Below the pieces are notes generated by a model. The model worked only from the letters and a program-made list of their open reading frames with translations. It had not been told where the DNA came from and did no database searches. From contig JAGYMU010000001.1 of NCBI GenBank assembly GCA_018399995.1, forward strand, positions 152-64,151: DNA of 64,000 nt, written 5' to 3'. The DNA is from Halanaerobiales bacterium (GTDB taxonomy: Bacteria > Bacillota > Halanaerobiia > Halanaerobiales > M55B127). This document shows positions 56,159 to 64,000 of the stretch, piece by piece (position 1 is the stretch's first letter; each line of letters starts with the position of its first letter). The position numbers were made by a program, and so were the translations under genes.

Positions 56159-58483
56159 TTATTTGTTTGCCTCGATTAGTTCAAATATTTTCTCAGGAAT
56201 AACGGGCATTTCTTTGATTTTAACCCCAATTGCATCCTGAACAGCATTACCAATTACTGAAGGAATTGAAAGCATCGGGTGTTCTGCTACACCACGTGCT
56301 CCATAAGGTCCATCTTCCTGTGCGTTTTCTACAATTATAGGTTTTAGTTCTGGAATATCTGCAATAGAAGGTACCTTGTAATCAGTAAAGGTATTGGTCA
56401 ATAGCCTACCATCTTCACTAAATTGATAACCCTCCATCACTGCAGAACCATATCCCTGAATTACTCCACCCTGAATTTGACCGATAACATTTTCTTTATT
56501 AATCGCTTTACCTACATCAAATGCGGAGGCGATTTTAACTACCTCAAATTCCCCGGTATCTTCATCCACTATTACTTCAACACCATGGGCACCATAGGTC
56601 CAGTCTAATGCAGGAAGTCCCTGGCCTGTCTCCGGATCTAAATTAGTTAATCCCTGAGCAATATAATTACCTCGCGCTACCAGGGGACCGCCGATGGCAT
56701 TACCATTTTCATAGGTATAACCCATGGCCAGTTCCTTAAAACTGATATATTTATCTAAATGATGTCTTACCTTGACTTTCTCATCTTCTATGACGAGGTC
56801 TTCTACAGAACATCTCAAGGGTTCAGATGCAACTTCTTTTAACTGTTGGGCCATATCCTGAGAGGCCTTAATTACAGCATTACCTGACATGAATAATCCC
56901 TTAGAAGCGACAGTCTGCCAGTCGTATGGCTCGGTCTCTGTATTGTTCTCCCAAACTACATTGACCTTATCAACCGGCATATCCAGTTGATCAGCAACTA
57001 TTTGGGCCAGTGCAGTATAGGTTCCCTGACCGTAGTCGGTCAGAGAAACTGTCAGATTCAGAGTACCATTTTCATTGAACTTAAGAAAGGCTGCTGTACC
57101 AGTATTAGTGGGCATCGCCGGTGCTTTATGAAGTGTGGCTACTCCCTTACCGCGTTTTTTACCTTCCGGAAGATCATCAGAATCTCTATTTTCAAAATCT
57201 ATCTCTTTAGCAACTTCTCGTAAACACTCTTTAACTCTACCGTGAGATTCACCTATATGCTCTCCTGTAATTGTTACAGAACCGACATCTAAACCATTTT
57301 TCATTCTTATGTCATAGGGGCTTATCCCTATTTCTTTAGCTACGAGATCCATCTGCCTTTCAATAGCCCAAAGGATTTCAAGATGACCAAATCCACGGTA
57401 AGCAGTTCCGAATATCTTATTGGTATAAACGGTCTTTGAATCCAGTTTTACATTTTTTATTTCATAAGGTCCTACCCCTGCTGTTGCAGCTGCTCTAGTA
57501 ACATTAACTCCATAGTCAGCATTGGCTCCACTGTCCCAGAGAAATTCGGTTTCCTGAGCCACAATTTCACCATCATCATTGACTCCGGTTTTTAATCTGG
57601 AATAAAGCCCCTGTCTAACCGGAACTGAATTAAACTCTTCTTCTCTAGACATAACTATTTTAACAGGTCTACCGTCAGCTGCTCTGGAAAGACAGGTCAC
57701 AAGAGGTTCGAAGTGAATTCCAGCTTTACCTCCAAATCCACCACCTACATAGGGAACAATAACCTCGATATCTTCATGATTTAAATGCAGTCCGTTTGCT
57801 AATAAATTCCTTACAGCAAAAGGTGACTGAGCACTCGTCCATATTTTTACTTTCCTACCTGGTTTCCACTCTGCTATAGAGGTATGAGTTTCCATGGCAG
57901 TATGGTCGACCATCGGCAGGGTAAATTCGTTTTCTATAATGTGATCTGCTTTTGCAAATCCCTTTTCCGTATCTCCCTTTCTGATCTTTGTGTGGTGAGC
58001 AATATTCGTACCGGGTTTTGGGAAAAAGACAGGTGCGCTTTCTAATTCACCAAGATTCTCATGAACTAAAGGAGCATCTTCTTCAACCGCTTTTTGTACA
58101 TCAAGAACTGCATCCAGTTTTTTATATTCTACCTCTATTAATTCGACTGCTTTTTCTGCAATTTCTTTAGTTTCTGCTGCAACTGCAGCTACAGGTTCTC
58201 CCTGATATCTGACTTTATTAACTGCCAGGATGTCTTTATCAACCAGATAAAGCCCTACTTTATAAGGTAGCTCTTTACCTGTTAATACTGCCCAAACTCC
58301 GGGTAAACTCTTTGCTTTGGTCGTATCTATATTAACAATCTTTGCGTGTGCATGAGGACTCAATTTCATTTTGGCATGCAACATACCCTGTATTTCAATA
58401 TCATGAACAAATTTAGCATTTCCAGTTACTTTTTCTAATGCCTTAATTCTCTTGACGCTTTTACCAATCATTTCTTCAGTCAC
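56159..58483 (-). CDS. Xanthine dehydrogenase / aldehyde oxidase family molybdopterin-binding large subunit
   Basis: 774 aa with an a/b-hammerhead N-terminus, GGGFGGK, and a C-terminal GARGVAEHP carrying the conserved catalytic Glu position. Substrate cannot be assigned from sequence. Confidence 0.9.
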   Translation of the reverse strand: MTEEMIGKSVKRIKALEKVTGNAKFVHDIEIQGMLHAKMKLSPHAHAKIVNIDTTKAKSLPGVWAVLTGKELPYKVGLYLVDKDILAVNKVRYQGEPVAAVAAETKEIAEKAVELIEVEYKKLDAVLDVQKAVEEDAPLVHENLGELESAPVFFPKPGTNIAHHTKIRKGDTEKGFAKADHIIENEFTLPMVDHTAMETHTSIAEWKPGRKVKIWTSAQSPFAVRNLLANGLHLNHEDIEVIVPYVGGGFGGKAGIHFEPLVTCLSRAADGRPVKIVMSREEEFNSVPVRQGLYSRLKTGVNDDGEIVAQETEFLWDSGANADYGVNVTRAAATAGVGPYEIKNVKLDSKTVYTNKIFGTAYRGFGHLEILWAIERQMDLVAKEIGISPYDIRMKNGLDVGSVTITGEHIGESHGRVKECLREVAKEIDFENRDSDDLPEGKKRGKGVATLHKAPAMPTNTGTAAFLKFNENGTLNLTVSLTDYGQGTYTALAQIVADQLDMPVDKVNVVWENNTETEPYDWQTVASKGLFMSGNAVIKASQDMAQQLKEVASEPLRCSVEDLVIEDEKVKVRHHLDKYISFKELAMGYTYENGNAIGGPLVARGNYIAQGLTNLDPETGQGLPALDWTYGAHGVEVIVDEDTGEFEVVKIASAFDVGKAINKENVIGQIQGGVIQGYGSAVMEGYQFSEDGRLLTNTFTDYKVPSIADIPELKPIIVENAQEDGPYGARGVAEHPMLSIPSVIGNAVQDAIGVKIKEMPVIPEKIFELIEANK

Positions 58484-58956
58484 GATTGACTACCTCCCTT
58501 CTTCTCAGCTGCACGTTTAACCGCATTTCTAATAGAATAATACCCTGTGCAGCGACAGATATTACCCGATAGAGCAATATCGATATCTTCATCAGAAGGA
58601 TCAGGATTTCTATCCAATAATGCCTTGGTAGACATAACCATTCCAGGTGTACAAAAACCACATTGAATCGCATTCTCCTCTATAAAAGCCTCCTGAATAT
58701 CACTGATCTCTTCACCAACTGATTGTCCTTCTATCGTTTCTATATCAGAACCATCAGCTTCCACAGCTAAAATGATACAACTTGTGACTGCCTTACCGTC
58801 CATTATAACAGTACAGGCCCCACATTCACCTTCACCACAACCTTCTTTGGCACCGGTAAAATGTAATTTCTCTCTCAGTACATCAAGAAGTATCTCATTA
58901 TCTTTAACATCCAACTTATAATTTCTTCCATTTACTGTAAAGTTAATGGTTTTCAT
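58480..58956 (-). CDS. [2Fe-2S]-binding small subunit of the molybdo-hydroxylase
   Basis: 158 aa with CGEGECGACTV (plant-type cluster) and QCGFCTPGM...CRCTGY (second cluster). Confidence 0.92.
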   Translation of the reverse strand: MKTINFTVNGRNYKLDVKDNEILLDVLREKLHFTGAKEGCGEGECGACTVIMDGKAVTSCIILAVEADGSDIETIEGQSVGEEISDIQEAFIEENAIQCGFCTPGMVMSTKALLDRNPDPSDEDIDIALSGNICRCTGYYSIRNAVKRAAEKKGGSQS

Positions 58957-59810
58957 TACTTATCACCTGCTTTCCATAGTCTGGAAAGAATTCTACGGGT
59001 ATAAACCTGTGACATCTTTATCCGATATTTTTTTGTACTGCGTACATCATCAATAGGATTAATATTTTCTTTGACCTCTTTTAATATTTTTTCCTGTTTA
59101 TCTGTAAAATTTCCCTCTCCAAAGAAGATCTCACTGAGATCTAAATAAACCGGGGTGGGAGCAACTGCACCCAGAGCAAAGGCCAAATATTCTTCCTCTT
59201 CAGATATATATCCTGCTACTCCGACTCCACTTAAATCAGGTCCTTTTGTTCTTCTTTTCTTTAAATAAACCCCTTTGCCGTCAGCAACATGTTTTTTGAC
59301 TAAAAGCCCTTTAACAATTTCATTATCTTTTAATACATTTTGTTTTACACCTGTTGCAAATTGTTCTAAAGGTACTTGCCTGTTTTCCTCTTTGCTTACA
59401 ATCACGACTTTTGTTTTGAGTACTAAAAGCCCGGGAAACATATCTGCACCAGGTGAAGTAGTACAAAGATTTCCTACAACTGTTGCTCTATTTCTAACCT
59501 GGTGAGCCGCAACTTCTAAAGCTGAATCAGCTAATATTTTATAATCCTTATTCACCAGTTCACTCTCGATAATTTCATTACATGTTATTGCAGCACCTAT
59601 AAATAGTTCTTGATCCCTTTCTTCAATTTCAGAAAAATCTTCGATATTTTTAATATCAATAATAGTATCAGGTTTTCTTGTCTTATGCTTCATATCAACA
59701 AAAAGATCGGTTCCACCTGCCAATAATGCGGTTTCACCTTCCTTGTTTTCAAGTATATCAAATATTTTTTCGAGACTTTCCGGTTTATAATATTCAAATT
59801 TATTAAGCAT
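58956..59810 (-). CDS. FAD-binding medium subunit of the molybdo-hydroxylase (CoxM/XdhB-like)
   Basis: 284 aa with LLAGGTDL, NRATVVGNL and a C-terminal CO-dehydrogenase-flavoprotein-like domain. Confidence 0.9.
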   Translation of the reverse strand: MLNKFEYYKPESLEKIFDILENKEGETALLAGGTDLFVDMKHKTRKPDTIIDIKNIEDFSEIEERDQELFIGAAITCNEIIESELVNKDYKILADSALEVAAHQVRNRATVVGNLCTTSPGADMFPGLLVLKTKVVIVSKEENRQVPLEQFATGVKQNVLKDNEIVKGLLVKKHVADGKGVYLKKRRTKGPDLSGVGVAGYISEEEEYLAFALGAVAPTPVYLDLSEIFFGEGNFTDKQEKILKEVKENINPIDDVRSTKKYRIKMSQVYTRRILSRLWKAGDK

Positions 59811-59845
59811 TTATATACTTCACCTCCATCATTCTCATAACCAAT

Positions 59846-60778
59846 CTAAGGAACTATTCTGGTACCGGCGTTGCCGTGTACGGCCTCTAAAACATTTTCA
59901 ATGGAAGTTATAATTGCTTTTCGGCCACCACCTTCTACAAAATCAACAGCTGCCTGCACCTTGGGTTTCATACTTCCCTCTCCAAAATGATTCTTATTTA
60001 TATGCTCTTCTATTTCTTTTACCTTAACCTCTTTCAATGCCTCTTCATCTTCTTGGCCATAGTTAATGTAAGCGTTCGACACATCTGTTAATACCAAAAA
60101 GATATCTGATTTAATCTCCTGAGCTAAAAGACAGCCAGCCCTGTCTTTATCAATCACTGCTTCAATACCGTGAATTTTGTTATCTTTTTCTACAACTGGG
60201 ATTCCGCCCCCTCCAGAAGCTATGACAATTTCTCCATTCCTCACCAGATCATTAATTATAGGGGCTTCTACAATTTTTTTCGGAATAGGAGATGGTACTA
60301 CTTTTCGCCAGCCTCTGCCACTATCTTCTATCCAATTTTCATTTTTTTCTTCTATCATTTTATCAGCATGGTTTTTATCATAAAATGGTCCGACCGGTTT
60401 GGTTGGGTTTTGAAAAGCTTTATCATTTTTATCTACCAGAACCTGAGTAACAACGGTTGCTACATTTTTATTAAGATCAAGTTCATTAAAAATATTATGC
60501 AAACTGTTCTGCAGCATATAACCTATAAAACCCTGTGTTTGTGAGCCACAAACATCGAGAGGCATTGCCGGTACATCATCTTTTGCTTTATCTTGCTGAA
60601 TTAAAATATTACCAACTTGAGGACCATTTCCATGGGTTATTACAACTTCATTGCCTTCTGCTATAAGTTGTGCGATCTGTTTACTTGTTGATAATACATT
60701 ATGAAACTGCTCTTCAGCTGTACCATTTTGTCCTGGTTGCAAAATTGCATTTCCACCTAAAGCGATTGTTAATTTCAT
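59846..60778 (-). CDS. arcC: Carbamate kinase
   Basis: 310 aa with ALGGNAI, THGNGPQVG, GGGGIPV and AVIDKD. Confidence 0.93.
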   Translation of the reverse strand: MKLTIALGGNAILQPGQNGTAEEQFHNVLSTSKQIAQLIAEGNEVVITHGNGPQVGNILIQQDKAKDDVPAMPLDVCGSQTQGFIGYMLQNSLHNIFNELDLNKNVATVVTQVLVDKNDKAFQNPTKPVGPFYDKNHADKMIEEKNENWIEDSGRGWRKVVPSPIPKKIVEAPIINDLVRNGEIVIASGGGGIPVVEKDNKIHGIEAVIDKDRAGCLLAQEIKSDIFLVLTDVSNAYINYGQEDEEALKEVKVKEIEEHINKNHFGEGSMKPKVQAAVDFVEGGGRKAIITSIENVLEAVHGNAGTRIVP

Positions 60779-60810
60779 AAAAATTCCTCCATTTGCTATC
60801 TATTAATTAG

Positions 60811-60842
60811 AAAATAAAGGAATCCTGTTTAAACAGGATCCC
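60811..60842 (-). terminator. Hairpin plus T-rich tract between the cyclase gene and arcC
   Basis: On the minus strand ATCCTGT-TTAA-ACAGGAT (nt 60822-60839, extendable by two G-C pairs) is followed by TCCTTTATTTTC. Confidence 0.55.
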
Positions 60843-60855
60843 CGTTATATATATT

Positions 60856-61608
60856 CTATTCTTCAAATGCTACACAACGACCGATACTGGTTTCAAGATC
60901 TACACCTTTCCAGGGGAAGAATCCTATTTTGATTCTTCTGTTGAGTATTTTATCAATTTCTCCGCCTAAGTTTTCAGCATGGATAATTCCTTTTGGAAAT
61001 AGTTTGGTGTGCATTAGTTGTCTGCTTTCAGGATGTGAAAATACTTCATCTAGAGATTTGCCCAGATGTTCTTCACATTCTTCGGCAAGATCAGGTCTAA
61101 GCTTTTTACAAACTGTATTCATAGGATGATCTGCAGAACCACAATCAACACCAATCCATTTTATCTTCTTTTCTATTGCCCATTGAGCAAATTCCATATT
61201 TGGGCCGGGGTGTTTCATAAAGTATCTTTCTTCATCTGCCTCAGGCTGGTCCCAACCATATTTATGGTAACCAGTATTTATAACTAAAATATCGTGTTCT
61301 TTAACTTCAACCCTTTCTTCAATCATCTCTGAAGTATAAATATCATAATCGCCTACAGCATCACTTAAGTCAACCACAGCCCCATCTCCAAAGAGGTCTT
61401 CTAAAGGTATACTGGCCATATCTCTTCCAGCAGTCCAGAAGTGTCTTTCTCCATCCAGATGGGTTCCGATATGATTACTGGTTTTTATAATCTGACCATT
61501 TACTCTCTCAGTTGAAAGACGCTTAAAATACTTCATTTCTAGAGGTTCGTAAGTTGGCCAAGGTGGTGTGGAAATACCAATCTTTTGAGTCAAATCATAT
61601 AATTTCAT
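60856..61608 (-). CDS. Cyclase-family metal-dependent hydrolase (kynurenine formamidase / isatin hydrolase fold, PF04199-like)
   Basis: 250 aa with HIGTHLDGERHF (the HxGTHxDxxxH signature), IGVDCGSADHP and HTKLFPKGIIHAENL. Confidence 0.85.
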   Translation of the reverse strand: MKLYDLTQKIGISTPPWPTYEPLEMKYFKRLSTERVNGQIIKTSNHIGTHLDGERHFWTAGRDMASIPLEDLFGDGAVVDLSDAVGDYDIYTSEMIEERVEVKEHDILVINTGYHKYGWDQPEADEERYFMKHPGPNMEFAQWAIEKKIKWIGVDCGSADHPMNTVCKKLRPDLAEECEEHLGKSLDEVFSHPESRQLMHTKLFPKGIIHAENLGGEIDKILNRRIKIGFFPWKGVDLETSIGRCVAFEE

Positions 61609-61622
61609 TAAAATCTCTCCTT

Positions 61623-63044
61623 TTATTTAATATATTTTTGGGCAAATGCCCTAATTGCCGATTTAAAACATTCTTCGGGCGGATCTACTAATCCTGCCCC
61701 AATCTGTCCTATACCCGGTTCTTTATGAGCAATACCGGTATTGATAGCCGGCAAAATTCCTGTTTCTATTATTTTCAATAAATCAATACCTGTTGGTGTT
61801 CCCCTGAAGTTCAGTGGGGGAATGGTAAAGTTGTCATTTTCGTCAACTGTAATTTCATACATATCCTTGGTAAACCTTATAGAATCAGCAACTGTTCCTC
61901 CTACAAAACCTACTATTGCAGGAGCAGCTGCCATGGCAAAACCACCTACCGCAGCTGTCTCGGAAATCGTACTGTCTCCCAGATCAGGACAGGCGTCTTC
62001 TTCTGTATAACCAGGGAAGTATAGACCGTCAACTATTTGTGCTTCACCTACAAACCATTCATCTCCTAAACCACTAATCCTAATTCCAAAACGGACACCA
62101 TTTCTGGCCATTGCTGTTAAAACAGTACTATATTCTATTCCATGGGCAGCATCCATAGTTGCTTTAGAAGCAGGCATCGATAGATTTAAATAAAAGTGCT
62201 CATTACCTGCCATAAATTTAATTATCTCTTTTATTTCTTTATTTGAATGATCTGTTTCAAGTAGAAATGGAGTGATTTCTCTGATAAAAAGTGCAGTTGC
62301 TGCTTTATTTCTATTATGCACTTCATCACCCATGTGCAGTGCTTGAGAAGTAATATTTTTGAGATTAATACCATCTGTTTTACTTAACGCTTCCCTTAAA
62401 GCAGGTGCTAGTGATTTTTCCATCCATTTCAGTTTTTTAATGACATCCGGACCATTGGCACCAAATCTTAGAACTTTACCAAGACCTTCGTTCAATGTTG
62501 TAAATGCCTTATTACCATAAGTCTTGTTTTCTATAACCCAGACCGGCATAGAAGGTGATACAATACCTGTCATAGGACCAACAGCATTATGGTGGTGAGC
62601 AGCATCAAATGTCACCTGACCATCATCCAACATTTTACGGGCTTCTTTTTCATTTTCTGCCCAACCTTCATATATACATGCCCCAATAGCTGCACCCTGC
62701 ATTGGACCCGACATGTCTTCCCATTTTTCAGGTGGAGCAGCATGTAAAATCATCTTATCAGAAAAGTCCGGTAAAGCATCTTTAGCAGTTTGCACATCTA
62801 TAACTATAGGTTCACTTTTTTGGATTTTCTCTACAGCTTTTTCATTCGCTGCTGCAATTCTATCGCTGATATTTTCTATATCATCTAAAAGACCTGCCAT
62901 TTCTTTGTCTCCACCAGCTGCTGGTTTCCAATCAACCTGTACAGCATTATATCCTTCATCTTTTAAGTTTTCGGCAAAAGATTCTAGACCAATGTTTATA
63001 ACATTTAACTCTTCTTTAAATAAATCTTGTAATTTCTTAGTCAT
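61623..63044 (-). CDS. DUF1116 protein (YlbE/AllG-like)
   Basis: 473 aa with N-terminal NIGLESFAENLKDEGYNAVQVDWKPAAGGD. Length and position directly downstream of an FdrA homologue match the E. coli fdrA-ylbE arrangement. Confidence 0.8.
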   Translation of the reverse strand: MTKKLQDLFKEELNVINIGLESFAENLKDEGYNAVQVDWKPAAGGDKEMAGLLDDIENISDRIAAANEKAVEKIQKSEPIVIDVQTAKDALPDFSDKMILHAAPPEKWEDMSGPMQGAAIGACIYEGWAENEKEARKMLDDGQVTFDAAHHHNAVGPMTGIVSPSMPVWVIENKTYGNKAFTTLNEGLGKVLRFGANGPDVIKKLKWMEKSLAPALREALSKTDGINLKNITSQALHMGDEVHNRNKAATALFIREITPFLLETDHSNKEIKEIIKFMAGNEHFYLNLSMPASKATMDAAHGIEYSTVLTAMARNGVRFGIRISGLGDEWFVGEAQIVDGLYFPGYTEEDACPDLGDSTISETAAVGGFAMAAAPAIVGFVGGTVADSIRFTKDMYEITVDENDNFTIPPLNFRGTPTGIDLLKIIETGILPAINTGIAHKEPGIGQIGAGLVDPPEECFKSAIRAFAQKYIK

Positions 63045-63058
63045 ATTATCTCTCCCCC

Positions 63059-64000
63059 TTAATTTAGATCACTTAAAATTTTATTTACTACGCGCACAGC
63101 CTGAACATTAGTGGGGAGTACTTTAGCTCCAACCTCACGTAATCTTTCTTCCTGTACATGAAGATTTTGAGGGTCTTTTTCAGTTCCACATACGGAAGCA
63201 ATTACTGATAGATATGCTCCCCGGTCAGCTGCTTTTGTTTTTGCTTTTTTAATAGCTTTAGCAGCTTCACCGGCCGGATCCATATGAGATCCATAGCCCA
63301 GCACTACATCAAGCAGTATAACTGCTACCTCTTCATCTTCAGCTTCTTCAGCCATTCTTTCATTTCGAAGAGAGGGCTCAATCATGGGGTGAGGTTTGCC
63401 TTTTGTAAATTCGTCTTCACCTAGGTCAATAACTGTATTTTTAATACTTTTTAGATCTTCTTTTAAAGCAAAATCATCTTTTAACGGAGTATTAGAATAA
63501 ATATCTCCATTTTCTTCAGTTAAAAGGATAACGGCTTCACTACATAGGGTTCCACCGGTATAAAGACCTCTTAAATATTTTTGTGGACTGGCCATTTTTT
63601 TAGTTTCTTCTTCTGCAATTTCTGCTATTTCTTCATCTTTTAGACTGGCCGAACTTACCTCGTCTTCTCCTTTGATAAAAGCTGCTGCTTTGAGAGCTGC
63701 ATCTTCTAAAGTATCTGCCCAGATTGCATCAGTTCCTTTTACAACTGCAGGATCACCACCCAAGAAATTAACGATCACGGGTTTTTTAAGCTTTTTGACT
63801 TCATCCATGATCTTTTTACTAACCTCTTTTGCTGGTGGTTTTGAAACTAAAACGATTATTTCAGTTTCTTCATCATTGTCAAGAGCCTTCATATCCTTAA
63901 TCATTTCAATGCCTTTAACTTTAGACTTCAGGTCACGGCCTCCGGTTCCTATAACCTGAGTAAGACCTACCCCCTGTCTATCAACTAAACTTGAGACGGC
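63059..64000 (-). CDS. fdrA: FdrA/AllF-like acyl-CoA-synthetase (NDP-forming)/succinyl-CoA-synthetase-alpha-like protein. This is the C-terminal part; the N-terminus lies beyond the right window edge.
   Basis: The frame stays open from 63904 to nt 64000 (AVSSLVDRQGVGLTQVIGTGGRDLKSKVKGIEMIKDM...). LTQVIGTGGRDL and IIVLVSKPPA resemble E. coli FdrA. Confidence 0.85.
   Translation of the reverse strand, partial: AVSSLVDRQGVGLTQVIGTGGRDLKSKVKGIEMIKDMKALDNDEETEIIVLVSKPPAKEVSKKIMDEVKKLKKPVIVNFLGGDPAVVKGTDAIWADTLEDAALKAAAFIKGEDEVSSASLKDEEIAEIAEEETKKMASPQKYLRGLYTGGTLCSEAVILLTEENGDIYSNTPLKDDFALKEDLKSIKNTVIDLGEDEFTKGKPHPMIEPSLRNERMAEEAEDEEVAVILLDVVLGYGSHMDPAGEAAKAIKKAKTKAADRGAYLSVIASVCGTEKDPQNLHVQEERLREVGAKVLPTNVQAVRVVNKILSDLN

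Noticed and set aside
58476-58673. 65-aa minus-strand ORF overlapping the 2Fe-2S subunit gene in another frame
   Set aside because: It is embedded in a gene with clear Cys-cluster motifs. The alternative frame gives no recognisable sequence, and there is no RBS.
56159-64000. Impression that the XDH/arcC/FdrA block is more GC-rich than the rest and therefore horizontally acquired
   Set aside because: Other highly conserved genes in the window, such as pnp and infB, look similarly enriched, and I cannot compute GC or codon statistics reliably by eye. This would need a sliding-window GC/GC3 and tetranucleotide analysis.

Overview
This is a 64 kb, AT-rich (by eye about 30% GC) core-chromosome segment of a low-GC Firmicute, probably Clostridia-like. 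PolC, CodY, HslVU, the rimP-nusA-infB block and a SleB-type hydrolase support that placement. Several very acidic proteins hint at a halophile such as Halanaerobiales, but that is inference only.

All 57 coding regions I can support lie on the minus strand and are tightly packed. I found no rRNA, tRNA, CRISPR array or intact mobile element.

The content, in coordinate order, is:
- a partial P-type cation ATPase and a DUF2254 membrane protein
- thrB, ahcY and dut
- a LysM/SleB-like hydrolase, a JAB-DinG helicase and nfo
- pnp, rpsO, ribF, truB, nrnA, rbfA, infB, nusA, rimP and polC
- a small GT2 glycosyltransferase, then proS, ispG, rseP, dxr, cdsA, uppS, frr, pyrH, tsf and rpsB
- codY, hslUV, topA, an smg-like gene, a class II photolyase and a COG2403 protein
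- degV, gpsA, plsY, der, a DUF512 radical SAM gene, an ispH-S1 fusion, plsC and cmk
- aroH, rnc, acpP and fabG
- a purine/ureide-type catabolic block: a three-subunit xanthine-dehydrogenase-family enzyme, carbamate kinase, a cyclase-family hydrolase, DUF1116 and a partial FdrA

The items most worth follow-up are:
- a RadC-like JAB domain with an intact JAMM motif fused to an Fe-S DinG helicase
- a P-loop NTPase fused to an Asp23-like domain next to fabG-acpP
- the FdrA/DUF1116/cyclase plus arcC/XDH module
- a hyper-acidic tandem-repeat linker inside IspH-S1
- an unexplained 725 bp non-coding gap
- a GC-rich structured rpsB leader
- a 64-codon ORF translationally coupled to frr
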